A stretch of DNA of 63,608 nt, filler included, from Octopus bimaculoides (Eukaryota), in NCBI RefSeq assembly GCF_001194135.2. It is 8 parts of 7 records of this genome, joined end to end, with 100 filler letters (N's around TTAATTAATTAA, not from the genome) between each part and the next. Parts side by side here need not be neighbours in the genome. Positions count along the whole stretch, not along the records: positions 18,022 to 26,898 come from NC_069006.1; positions 26,999 to 30,062 come from NW_026347371.1; positions 30,163 to 44,461 come from NC_068993.1; 5 more parts are not named here. One strand, 5' to 3'. Position numbers and translations under genes: made by a program. Positions 23,484 to 35,606 of the stretch are shown in pieces; positions within the stretch are counted from its first letter, which is position 1, and every line of letters starts with the position of its first letter. The notes below the pieces were generated by a model. It saw nothing but the letters and a program-made list of their open reading frames with translations. It was not told the DNA's origin and ran no database searches.

Positions 23484-24267
23484 CCTTGACTATGGGAGAT
23501 GAGGTTCGACAATTGTCATACTGACAACAGATTTTGAACTCCAAACATATCTCCATGACTGTGTTCTTATCACCAGACAATAAACTTGTCCTCATTTCTT
23601 GAATGGTATGTCAGAGCTGGAGAATTTTTTAATCTAGAGATTATCTCCCCTTGTTACACGCAGCTTGTCTTAATTACCATTTGATAATTAACACACAAAG
23701 AGATAATTTTTTTTTATAAATCCAAGAATTAATGTTGTTTGGTATTTGATGTACCTTTATTTGATCACACACATACATACATACATTCATACCTACATAA
23801 ATACGTACATGCATACATAACTGCAACTGGAAACAACAAGTCTCATATTTGGCATGGGAGTCTGTTTATTGAAAATACAATGAATTCTATTTCCAACTTT
23901 GAAGCCACAACCATCTCCCTTGTTAAATACCTGGTTAATCTTCAGATGAATTAACTAAAGGAGCCTTTTATACAAGATCGCAGAGATGTTTGACTGAAAC
24001 TTCAATTTACCATGCAGAGTGTTAACTGCAAACAACATGGTTGGACACAACATCAACAAACACAACCAAAGAACAGATTGAAAACGACTCAACAGATAAA
24101 CAGATTCTTTCTAGACATGCAACTATATTCTTGAGAATACATACATAAAACATACATAAATATGAGAATACATGCATAAAACATACATAAATATGAGAAT
24201 ACATGCATAAAACAAAACATACAAATCTGCACCTAATACATACACACTTGCAAAAATATCCTGTTGA

Positions 24268-24770
24268 TGTTGGTGTGGTGTTAGGAAGGGCATCCAGCTG
24301 TAGAAACTCTGCCAGATCAGACTGGAGCCTGGTGCAGCCTCCTGGCTTGCTGGTCCTCAGTCAGTCCGTCCAACCCATGCCAGCATGGAAAGCGGATGTT
24401 AAACAATGATGATGATATATATGATTAAATGTATACAATATAAATATATGAGCTCCTAATAGTTTCCTGCTTTGGAGACATGTGTCTAGGCAGGTTTTTT
24501 TTAATAAAATGCCATGTCTAGTCTATACCATGTGTTCAGAGCCCGTAGATTGCTTGATGACACAAGGAGTGTTATAAAAACCTATCGCCAATGCAACAAA
24601 CTCTTAGTAGCTGATATCTTCATACTGTGTATAATTAAAGATAAGCACAGGAGTGGCTGTGTGGTAAGTAGATTGCTTCCCAACCACATGGTTCCAGGTT
24701 CAGTCCCACTGTGTGGCACTTTGGGTGAGTGTCTTTTGCTATAGCCTTGGGCTGACCAAGGCTATAGTTA
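24268..24770 (+). mobile_element. RTE tail fragment (24268-24415) and SINE family B 5' part (24647-24770)
   Basis: gttaggaagggcatccagctgtagaaactctgcc...gatgatgat; gcacaggagtggctgtgtggtaagtagattgc...gggtgagtgtcttttgctatagcc. Confidence 0.8.
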
Positions 24771-26136
24771 AAAAGAAAAAAAAGGGATTGATATTTTCGA
24801 ACGAAAAGGTGTGTGATTTAAGAGAGATTTGGCTGTTGTTTCTACCATATCCCTTGACCACCTTTTTCGTTTCTTTCTCACTCTGACAAATATTGATGTT
24901 TCTCAACATTTTTCACCCCATTAATTGCATAAACTTATTTATACTATTGAAAAACGTTTTTGAAAATTTATATCAACTCTAAACCTCACTGATCATGGGA
25001 TATGCTAGAAACAACTGCNNNNNNNNNNNNNNNNNNNNNNNNNNNNNNNNNNNNNNNNNNNNNNNNNNNNNNNNNNNNNNNNNNNNNNNNNNNNNNNNNN
25101 NNNNNNNNNNNNNNNNNNNNNNNNNNNNNNNNNNNNNNNNNNNNNNNNNNNNNNNNNNNNNNNNNNNNNNNNNNNNNNNNNNNNNNNNNNNNNNNNNNNN
25201 NNNNNNNNNNNNNNNNNNNNNNNNNNNNNNNNNNNNNNNNNNNNNNNNNNNNNNNNNNNNNNNNNNNNNNNNNNNNNNNNNNNNNNNNNNNNNNNNNNNN
25301 NNNNNNNNNNNNNNNNNNNNNNNNNNNNNNNNNNNNNNNNNNNNNNNNNNNNNNNNNNNNNNNNNNNNNNNNNNNNNNNNNNNNNNNNNNNNNNNNNNNN
25401 NNNNNNNNNNNNNNNNNNNNNNNNNNNNNNNNNNNNNNNNNNNNNNNNNNNNNNNNNNNNNNNNNNNNNNNNNNNNNNNNNNNNNNNNNNNNNNNNNNNN
25501 NNNNNNNNNNNNNNNNNNNNNNNNNNNNNNNNNNNNNNNNNNNNNNNNNNNNNNNNNNNNNNNNNNNNNNNNNNNNNNNNNNNNNNNNNNNNNNNNNNNN
25601 NNNNNNNNNNNNNNNNNNNNNNNNNNNNNNNNNNNNNNNNNNNNNNNNNNNNNNNNNNNNNNNNNNNNNNNNNNNNNNNNNNNNNNNNNNNNNNNNNNNN
25701 NNNNNNNNNNNNNNNNNNNNNNNNNNNNNNNNNNNNNNNNNNNNNNNNNNNNNNNNNNNNNNNNNNNNNNNNNNNNNNNNNNNNNNNNNNNNNNNNNNNN
25801 NNNNNNNNNNNNNNNNNNNNNNNNNNNNNNNNNNNNNNNNNNNNNNNNNNNNNNNNNNNNNNNNNNNNNNNNNNNNNNNNNNNNNNNNNNNNNNNNNNNN
25901 NNNNNNNNNNNNNNNNNNNNNNNNNNNNNNNNNNNNNNNNNNNNNNNNNNNNNNNNNNNNNNTTCTACTATAGCACCAGGACAACCAAAGCTTTGTGAGT
26001 GGATTTAAAACAGGATATGCAGTACGACCGTTTCAAGTGGCTCCATTTAATTGAACAATGCAATTATTACATCAGTTTAAATGCAGGGCTATCCTCAGCT
26101 GCATAAATAAATAAATAGATTTTTTTAATCAGTCGG

Positions 26137-26167
<31 letters not shown>

Positions 26168-26284
26168 TTACGCCATGAAGCTAAACCCTTTATAGACGGG
26201 AAACATAAGGCAATCCCATAAACCAGCCTTCCCCAATTTTAATATATACTGCTCTACATCTTAGAGTGTGCTTCTTTCGGATTT

Positions 26285-26500
26285 ATAGCTCAGTGGTTAA
26301 GGTGTTGCACTTATGATTGCCAGATTGTGAGTTCGATTTCCAGACCGGGTGTTGCATTGTGTTCTTGAGCAAAGTATTTCATTTCACGTTGCTCTGCGAT
26401 CATTTCATCATCTGACATATGGCACCCGTTGCACCTGAACAGGTAATGTCGAGTTGATGGAGGGATTGAGCTTATGTGTACACACATTAACAACAAGTGT
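26285..26500 (+). mobile_element. tRNA-derived SINE head and body (further family)
   Basis: A-box tagctcagtggttaagg, B-box gagttcgatttcc, then agaccgggtgttgcattgtgttcttgagcaaag. No tRNA acceptor-stem closure. Confidence 0.7.
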
Positions 26501-26671
26501 CTTTTGACTAACGTGGAAGCAAATTAAGCTGTTGTGTGTGGAAGTGAAGCCTTACGGCAGGGACATAAGAGATGACAGGCAAGGGAAGGAATATAGATGT
26601 TGCACGGATGGTAGTCGAACCAAGAAAGAAAGGTCAGGCTTGGCCGAGGGTTTTAGTGTCAGGGTTACGGT

Positions 26672-26717
26672 TTTAGGGTTACGGTTAGGGACAGAATTCC
26701 CTAACCCAAACCCTAAA
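26672..26717. repeat. Inverted telomere-like (TTAGGG) repeats forming a 19-bp hairpin
   Basis: tttagggttacggttaggg-acagaatt-ccctaacccaaaccctaaa; 17/19 complementary. Confidence 0.8.
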
Positions 26718-28750
26718 TTCTTCAAAATAAATCGCGCTCTCTGTATGTCTTTTGCTTTTACGACGTCGTTTCTCTCCAACACTTTTAACGGAAAAGGCCG
26801 ATCTTTGGTAAAGATCGCCGAAGACACTTTTTACGGAAAAGCCGATATCTAGGACTCGTACAGATCGCCAGAATAAGTCCTAGCATCGATTTCTTCGGNN
26901 NNNNNNNNNNNNNNNNNNNNNNNNNNNNNNNNNNNNNNNNNNTTAATTAATTAANNNNNNNNNNNNNNNNNNNNNNNNNNNNNNNNNNNNNNNNNNNNAA
27001 GTTAACAGTATAAAATATAAATATATAGTTTTAGAGAAAAGAACCAAGATAAGATTTGCATATAATATTTCTGTTAGTATATATGGTTTCTTAGTCTTAT
27101 TCTTTTGAATCTATAATTATTTAAATTTTAAAGTTTAATTAAATGTTTACAATATAGTTAATTGTTTTATTATGATTTAAGTTATATAAAGTTTAATATT
27201 TCATTCATAATAAAATTTTCATTCATGTTTTTATATCTATTTATTCTATTCTTTTTCTTTACGCAATATTTTCATGAGACTTCTTTTTAATAAACGTTTT
27301 AGTCTAAAATCTTTTAGTTTAAACTATAGCATCATTTAGATAAATATTACTTCTATCTTTATTAATCTAACCTAAAACTTCGTTTAAATTGTATTTTAAA
27401 CGAAAGATTCGTTAAAATTAGTTTTTGCATATAATATTTCTGTTAGTTTATATTATAATTAACATAAAGTTAATTATGGAACGTTTATAATTTTGATATT
27501 TTTAATAATATTTTTCTATCTTAGTATAATAAGTATTTTATATACATTCATTTGTTATTTATTGTTGGTTGATATATACATTCTTTTATTATTATTATCT
27601 TTGTATTTTGACCTGAAGATTAGCTATATTTTTGAATAGAATTGATTTTCGATAGTTTTAATCGATTTAAATATTTTTTCTATTTGAAAATTTAGTTATG
27701 AAACATGTGTAGTCGTTTTATTATCCTTATCTTATGATATTTACTTTGTATTATATTATACTTATTTATTGTGCTTTTACTTATTAATTTTCTATATGTG
27801 ACTGTGGATTTTCACCGATGAGTTCATGAACCNNNNNNNNNNNNNNNNNNNNNNNNNNNNNNNNNNNNNNNNNNNNNNNNNNNNNNNNNNNNNNNNNNNN
27901 NNNNNNNNNNNNNNNNNNNNNNNNNNNNNNNNNNNNNNNNNNNNNNNNNNNNNNNNNNNNNNNNNNNNNNNNNNNNNNNNNNNNNNNNNNNNNNNNNNNN
28001 NNNNNNNNNNNNNNNNNNNNNNNNNNNNNNNNNNNNNNNNNNNNNNNNNNNNNNNNNNNNNNNNNNNNNNNNNNNNNNNNNNNNNNNNNNNNNNNNNNNN
28101 NNNNNNNNNNNNNNNNNNNNNNNNNNNNNNNNNNNNNNNNNNNNNNNNNNNNNNNNNNNNNNNNNNNNNNNNNNNNNNNNNNNNNNNNNNNNNNNNNNNN
28201 NNNNNNNNNNNNNNNNNNNNNNNNNNNNNNNNNNNNNNNNNNNNNNNNNNNNNNNNNNNNNNNNNNNNNNNNNNNNNNNNNNNNNNNNNNNNNNNNNNNN
28301 NNNNNNNNNNNNNNNNNNNNNNNNNNNNNNNNNNNNNNNNNNNNNNNNNNNNNNNNNNNNNNNNNNNNNNNNNNNNNNNNNNNNNNNNNNNNNNNNNNNN
28401 NNNNNNNNNNNNNNNNNNNNNNNNNNNNNNNNNNNNNNNNNNNNNNNNNNNNNNNNNNNNNNNNNNNNNNNNNNNNNNNNNNNNNNNNNNNNNNNNNNNN
28501 NNNNNNNNNNNNNNNNNNNNNNNNNNNNNNNNNNNNNNNNNNNNNNNNNNNNNNNNNNNNNNNACATATATGTATATACACATATATGTATATGTATATG
28601 CACATATATATATATATGTATATACACATATATGTATATACACATATATGTATATGTATATGCACATATATATATATATGTATATACACATATATATACA
28701 TATATGTATGTGCATATACATATACATATACATATACAAGTTTATAAAGC

Positions 28751-28840
28751 ATCTTATGATCGTTTCGCAGATGTACTCTCCCTATAATGGAATCCTATAT
28801 TGATTAGCATTTATAGACAACTCTTCTGCTCTTCAGAGAT
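28751..28840 (-). ncRNA. Type I hammerhead ribozyme motif with 63-nt stem II, intact core
   Basis: Minus strand: ATCT / CTGAAGA / GCAGA...TCTGC / GAAA / CGATCA / TA / AGAT. Canonical G10.1-C11.1; triplet AUA (GUA in the sister copy). Confidence 0.8.
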
Positions 28841-29300
28841 ATCAAATGTGAAATTTGTATAATTTATCGAATGGTAGTTTTTTTAAAAATATGAAGTAAT
28901 ATGAGAAAATGGTGTTTGAAATATAAATGAAAATTTTAAAATTACTACTTTTGATTTTGGTAAGTACACTTTAGTATGAGAGTCTTTAAATCCATACATG
29001 CTTCCTTGGTAAGTCTTCTGTAATAATCCATAATAGTTATGTGCAAAATTCATTATATTGTCCTATATTCCACATATAGTTCATAGACTTAGATAATATA
29101 GAATAATGGAAACCTATATTGATAAGCATTTTTAGATAGCTCTTCTGCTCCTCAGAAATATCAAATGTGAAATTTGTATAATTTAATGAATCATAATCTT
29201 TTAAAATATGAAGTAATATGGGAAAATGGTGTTTGTTTGAAATATAAATATAAATTTGATTTTTGGTAAGTACACTTTAGTATGAGAATCTTGAAATTCC
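28785..29300. repeat. About 200-bp direct duplication (28785-28995 vs 29104-29300, offset 319 bp) carrying the 5' half of the hammerhead
   Basis: taatgga..cctatattgat.agcattt.tag...ctcttctgctc.tcaga.atatcaaatgtgaaatttgtataattta...ggtaagtacactttagtatgaga occurs twice; the second copy has minus-strand CTGAGGA at 29149-29155. Confidence 0.9.
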
Positions 29301-29631
29301 AAATATAATTCATAAACTTGAATAATATAAGATAAAATAATATGTGAAATTATAAAATCATAAATTGGTCAAAGTATTTCTTTTATATTTTTATTTGTAT
29401 AATTAAAATTTTTAGATTTTTAAATTTAATGCTATTATAACTGTCCATTTGCTATAGATTAGATGTGCACAGGTTCTAATTCCAAGAATATCTATTCAAT
29501 ATTTATTTAATGTATAATTTATGTCATGTAAATGTGTGTATAGTCAAATAATTCTAATTAATTTATCTATCTGTCTATTTGTAAGTATCACCTTATATTT
29601 TGATATCACAAAAAAAAAAAAACCCAGAATA

Positions 29632-29710
29632 GCAGAAGTGTTGTCTACAAATGCTTATCAATATAGGATTCCATTATAGGGACAGCACTTCTGCGAAACG
29701 ATCGTAAGAT
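29632..29710 (+). ncRNA. Inverted sister copy of the 28751 hammerhead; 5' core disrupted by a poly-A insertion
   Basis: 14-bp stem II GCAGAAGTGTTGTC/GACAGCACTTCTGC, GAAA, perfect palindrome ACGATCGT, A, AGAT. Upstream reads tgatatc-ac(a)n-cccagaata instead of tgatatctctgaaga. Confidence 0.7.
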
Positions 29711-30599
29711 GCTTTATAAACTTAATTCGAAAATTTTAAACTGTTGTATTTATTATTATATATTTATACTTATATCTATTTAGATATGTTTATATTTTTA
29801 ATACAACAATTATTTTACACACGTATATATCTTTCTGATGAATTTTCTAATATTGATTTCCTGATATTAATAATAATATATTATATAAAATATATATAAT
29901 CGCTCGTATTAAATACATAAATACTTTAATAGTATTAATACTTTGATACAAAAGAGCACTCAATATAAACTCAGTATATAATATTCTCATTGAACATATT
30001 TAACTAAAGATTTTTATTTATATATATATATTTCGTATGTGTATTTCGTGTGCAAGATTCTTNNNNNNNNNNNNNNNNNNNNNNNNNNNNNNNNNNNNNN
30101 NNNNNNTTAATTAATTAANNNNNNNNNNNNNNNNNNNNNNNNNNNNNNNNNNNNNNNNNNNNACATGGGTGTTTTGCTCATCATCCTTAAACAAACCTTA
30201 TTCAGGGACCTTTTGAGCGGGATGGGCTATTCGACCTGAAGAAAATTCTAACTGGGCCCCACCTACGAGGTCATGCGCTGTTTATCTTGATATGAGATCA
30301 CCATGTCGCGCACATATGATTGTGATGCATATGCCTAGTGTACCCTTATCAGACGGGTAGTCATGATGGGTATAATAGGTTTCGTATATTTTACCCCAGT
30401 GTCACTTTATGTCTCTCACATAATAATAATAATAATAATATAATGATGATGATGATGATGATGATGATGATGCCAGCAATATTTTGATTTGCCAGAAGGA
30501 TATCAGATGAGAGTCCCTGTTTTAGACACGAGCGAGCAATTTTTAGGCTGGTACTCTGTTTTATCGAACCTATACAGATGAAAACAAAATTGACCTAAG

Positions 30600-31445
30600 C
30601 GCAAAACTACAAAACATACTAAAGAAGAAATGGAGAGAAAAATCACACCATGGCCGATCTCCTGCAAGGCTTGACAGAGAAGTGTGCCTAAGTAAAAATC
30701 AACTATAGTTCAAATGCTCTGGATTAAAAGCAGAAACGAAAGGACTGATTCTCGGTGCACGAGACCAATGTCTGACCACAAATAACTATAAAAGCAAACT
30801 AATGAAAACAGACCCTAACACCAAATGCAGAATGTGCAACAAGCACAATGATACAGTTGATCACATCATCTCTGGCTGTCCAGTCCTTGCCAAATCTGTA
30901 TATATATATATATATATATACAGACATGACCGAGTAAGTAATTATATCAACTAGACAATATACCAACACTACAACATAAAAACTGACAAGAAATGATATA
31001 AACATGTGCCACAATAAGGTACATGACAAAGACCAGGCCATAATCATTTGGGATATGCCTGTTCAAACTGACAAAGAAATAATACTAATTCACTGACATA
31101 TTAATCAAGGATTGGAAAAGAAAACACTTGTTTGCTGCAGAGACATTACCGAGGAAGAAGTGGAGAAATTGTCAAAGTACAAAGATCACGAAATTGAAGT
31201 ATCCAAGATATGGGGCATGAAGGTGAAAACAATATCAGCAATAAATGCAACATTGGGTATGATAAAAAAAATCATACGAACAAAACGTAGAAGCTATACC
31301 TAAACCCTCAACACTACACACTATCCAAAAGCTAGCCCTGCTAGGAACATCCTACGCAAGACACTATCAATTCAATAGTACAACCCAAATAAAACAATCC
31401 ACAAATACAAGGCACATTCTATACAGTAAATATCCAATAAAATAA
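30600..31445 (+). mobile_element. Decayed 3' part of an R4/Dong-type (restriction-like endonuclease) LINE
   Basis: EEWREKSHHGR, SGLKAETKGLILGARDQCLTTNNY, CCHC knuckle CRMCNKHNDTVDHIISGC, RHD (after a (TA)n expansion), EKLSKYKDHEIEVSKIW, LGT..LRKTLSIQ*. Multiple stops and frameshifts. Confidence 0.9.
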
Positions 31446-31702
31446 ACCCCTATAACATGTACTCCACAAGCCGGATATCCAACAGAATAACGTAACTTGC
31501 ATTATACACAATATAAACACTAATACAACAAAAGCCTGCCGCTAAACCCCGTAACAAAATAAACTGATGCAATATAATACGAGAAGAGTTTGCACTCTCC
31601 CCAACAACAAAAAAGAACACACAATATTGCACATACATCAGTAACACGGTAGTGTTGCTGGTGATACGGTAGAAGGTTGCCTGAAACTATCGATTGTAGA
31701 AG

Positions 31703-32690
31703 AACATCGGCACTATTAGCTCTCTTTGGGTGTTTGCCATTTGAGGAGTTTTTCTTGTCGTTTTTCAGTAAGAATATCTAAGGCAGCAGTTTTAGTAGGG
31801 GTTTTCATACGCTTAGCTTTTTCTGTGCTTGTTTCTAGTACCTCTAATTCTGGAATTTGTTGTATTTGGAATTCCCTTAGTATTCCTTTGCCTGTTTTGT
31901 TACTGAGTAAGATGCTTTCTTGTTTTCATACTTTGAGACAAATTTTAACATCCAGTCATCAAAGTTTTTCAGGTAGGTGTCTAGGCCAATTGTGGCAATC
32001 TTCATTGTTAATTCCAGTTGTAAAAGTCCACGGCCACCCTCTTTTCTTGGCAGGTAAAGTCGTTGTATATCTGCCTTAGTGTTGTGTATTTTATGCATTG
32101 TCAACAATTTTCGTATTTTTCTGTCAATATTGCATATTTCAGTAATTGACCAGTTAATGATATTGAAACTGTAAGCCACGACAGGTATGGCTAAAGTATT
32201 TATTGCTCCGATCCTGTTTCTTGCTATCAACTCTGTCTTGAGTATTGCCCTTAACTTGCGATAACATTCTCTTCTGATTCTTTCCCTTATCCCTGAATGT
32301 TTGATTTCGTCCCCTTCAAATACCCGTAGGTATTTGTAGCTCTCAGCTGGTTCTAACTACTTTATGACATTCTACTGGTCAAGATTAACGTTGGATGTTC
32401 CTGTCATTTTCCTTTTGATAAAGGTAGCTTTTGCACATTTATCGAGGCCAAATTGCAACCTGATGTCATCACTGAATTGTTTAACAATTGCTAGTAAGCC
32501 CTGTAGTTGTTGCTCATTTTTTGCAAAGTGCTTTAAATCACCCGTGTAAATCAGATGATTTATATTTTTATCAAACATTTTATAGCCGTATTGTACATCA
32601 GCGACAATTTCGAGAGAGGCATTAAGGCTAGACAAACGAGGCGTGGTGATAGAGAGTCACCCTGGAAAATGTCACATGAAATTCTTACAT
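31703..32690 (-). mobile_element. Reverse-transcriptase fragment of an R4/Dong-type LINE (pseudogenised)
   Basis: IFQGDSLSP, INHLIYTGDLKHFAKNEQQL (YMDD degenerated), FGLDKCA, AINTLAIPVVAYSF, RLYLPRKEGGRGL. Confidence 0.9.
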
Positions 32691-32774
32691 TTGCATTATT
32701 ATTATTATTATTGTTGTTGTTGTTATTGCTGTTGTTGTTGTTGTCGTTGTTGTCATTATTCTTATTATTATTAT

Positions 32775-33055
32775 TCTTCAGTAGTTTTATTTTTATAACG
32801 TGCTTTCACTTCACTACCGAGCGCAGCTCTGGGCGCCTTGGGTATGTGCTGTGGTTTGCTGTGATGCTCTTATGGTTACTGGGTTACTGTATTGAAAGTG
32901 TTTTGCGTAGGCTGTGTGCAGTGCCCAGTAGTGCAACTTTCTGTATGTTATATATATTTGTAAGTCCTGGTGTTTTTATGTATTTGTCTGAATATTTTTT
33001 TATTATACCTAAGGCGCCTACTATGATAGGAATTGTTTCTGTTTTTAGGTTCCAC
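32775..33055 (-). mobile_element. 3' end of an R4/Dong-type LINE flanked by (TAA)n
   Basis: NLKTETIPIIVGALGIIKKY...IQKVALLGTAHSLRKTLSIQ*, then 3' UTR and (TAA)n tail. Confidence 0.85.
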
Positions 33056-33077
33056 TATCGAGTTATTATTATTATTA

Positions 33078-33129
<52 letters not shown>

Positions 33130-33188
33130 CATTATTATCATCATCATCATCTTCATCATCATCATTATTATCATTATTATTATTATTC

Positions 33189-33412
33189 GGGAGCCAGCTG
33201 GCAGAATCATTAGCACGCTAGGCAAAATGTTTAGCCACTTTTCGCCCGTCTTTACATTCTGACTTCAAATTCCACCGAGGTCAACTTTGCTTTTCATCCT
33301 TTCGGAGTCCATAAATTAAGTACCAGTTACGCACTGGTGTCGATGTAATCGACCATCCCTCTCCCCCACAATTTCAGGCCTTGTACTTATAGTATAAAAG
33401 ATTATTATTATT

Positions 33413-33506
<94 letters not shown>

Positions 33507-33518
33507 TTATTATCATCA

Positions 33519-33562
<44 letters not shown>

Positions 33563-33793
33563 ATTCAGGAGTCAGCTAATAGAATCCTTTGCACGCTGAG
33601 TAAAATGTTTAACCGTATTTCGTCGACCAAAGTCGACTTTCTCTGTCATCCATTCGGGATCGATAAATTAAGTACCAGTTGAGCATTGGGGTCGATGTAA
33701 TAGACCTATAATCGGGGTCGATGTAATCGACCTATAATCGGGGTCGATTTAATCGACCCAACATTGCTGCCCTTGTGGCAAAATTTGAAACCA
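33189..33793 (+). mobile_element. Two SINE family C copies (33189-33400, 33568-33793) embedded in (TTA)n tracts
   Basis: ggagccagctggcagaatcattagcac heads and cgataaattaagtaccagtt cores. The second copy has a 26-bp internal tandem at 33688-33758. Confidence 0.85.
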
Positions 33794-34821
33794 TTATTGT
33801 TATTATCATTATTGATGATGATCATCATCATCATCATGATCGTGATCGACACAATGGGTGATTTACATTGGACATAGCACATAAACGAATACAGAAACAG
33901 TTGAGATTTCGTTCGACTGAAAACGAAAACATATTACAAGAAAATATCAACGAGGAAGTTGGAGCAACCACCTTGGGTAATTGGTAATTTGAAATATTCC
34001 AAGTTTACTCTGACGTATCAAACGCAAATTTAACTTCACTCCAGTGCCATTTCGAGTCATCTTTCATAAAATTTACTGAAATGCACCATTTCCTTCTCTT
34101 TCCTGTGCAATATATTTATAGTAGTACTTGAAGAAGTTAATGAAGGTTTTGCACTCAAACATGTTTTATGGACATTTTTTTTTACATAATCACCCGTGAA
34201 ATAACCTGTTTTATTGCTTAGAATATATTCCTATACCGTTTTCGTCTTTTATGCCCTTATCTTCTAATTCGTTTCATTTTATATCGTCTCTTGATTTTTT
34301 GTTTTCTTATATTTTCGGTTTCCAGGCAAGTGGGATATATATTTTATTCTATTCTATTTTATGTTTCTCACTTAACAGCTACGCAATAATTCTGGTTTTA
34401 AAATTCCGAGAGAGCAGATACATCTTTCATAATTTCTATTCACTTTTTATCTTCATTTGTTTTTTGTTCTTTATTTTTAGTACTCTTTATCTCGTTTGTT
34501 TTCGTTTTTGTATCTCTTTTATTTTATATTTTGATCATTGTATGATGAATAATATCCAAAGCGATTTTATAATGGTTTGTGCTGATATATTCGGCAAGAT
34601 GATTTTTTTTTGCTCATAATACTCCATAATGTCTTTTTGAAGAGCAGTCACATTGGCCAATTCCTTAATATCTTTATTCTTATTTATGACAACGATTTCC
34701 AGAATCACCTTTCAGACATTTATTCTACTCACACTAACTTATTTAATTTATATCTTATACTTTATTTATCTTTTAATTTATATTATACAGTATTCGTTCG
34801 AAGTGACTCATTCGCCATTCA

Positions 34822-35606
34822 ACAGTCAGAAATTTGGAGGAAGGGGGGCAGTCGACTAAACAGATCTGAATACTAGATTGGCAGTTTATTTTATCGACCC
34901 TGGACAGTTGACAGTCGAAGGTGAACTCAGAATGTAATGTGCAAGAAAGCATTTTCACTGATGTTCTGACGATTTCGCCAATTCACTGCCCTCTGTTTCT
35001 AACATAGGCACAAGGCCAGAAATTTGATTGAGAAGGGTGACGAGTTAGTCGAGTAAACTAATCAGAGTAACTGACATGTAATTTATTTTATCGACCCGGA
35101 GAAATAAAAGGCGAAGTTAAATTTAGCGGAATTTGAACTCAGAGTGTAAGAAGTTGGAAAAAATACGACAGAATATTTTGCCTAGGCTATACCGATTCTA
35201 TCAATCCACTTTTATGATAGTAGTAGTAGTAGATGGGCCCCCACCGTACTTGATGGGTACTTATTTTGTCGACCACAAAATCCGTCCCTCGGCGGAATTT
35301 GAAATCAGAAGGTAGAGACTTGGAAGAAAAGTTGCAAGGCTATTTGTATGACGCGCAGACGATTCAGCCACCTGGCCGCCTTACTAGTAATAATAATCCT
35401 TTCTATTATAGGCACAAAACTTGAAATTTTGCGGGAAGGGACAAGTGGATTACATTGACCCCACTACTCACTTGTACTTATTTTATTGACTTCGGAAAGA
35501 TGGAAGGCAAAATCGATTTCAGTGGCATTTGAAATCTGAATGTAAAGCCGGATGAAATGTCACTAAACATTTTGCCCGGCGCGGTAACGATTCCCAGTTC
35601 GCCATC
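34822..35606 (-). mobile_element. Four consecutive, mutually diverged SINE family C copies
   Basis: Reverse-complement core (ttattttatcgaccc...ggaatttgaactcag-like) recurs at about 34885, 35085, 35255 and 35480. Confidence 0.75.

Noticed and set aside
26285-26360. tRNA genes at SINE heads (also 3030, 16256, 18501, 61445)
   Set aside because: A/B boxes are present but there is no closed cloverleaf, and each continues into a repeat body; these are tRNA-derived SINEs.
27815-27832. CCGATGA-GTTC-AT-GAAC as the start of another hammerhead
   Set aside because: Truncated by the gap, the base after stem II is C rather than G, and the 2-nt loop is implausible; cannot be evaluated.
31658-31698. CTGGTGA...GAAA-CTATCGATTG-TA hammerhead-like order
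   Set aside because: Core mutated, stem II offset by 3 nt and no stem I pairing; could be chance.
33688-33758. 26-bp palindromic direct repeats resembling a CRISPR array
   Set aside because: No unique spacers, only about 2.7 copies, internal to a SINE, eukaryotic context, and no cas genes.
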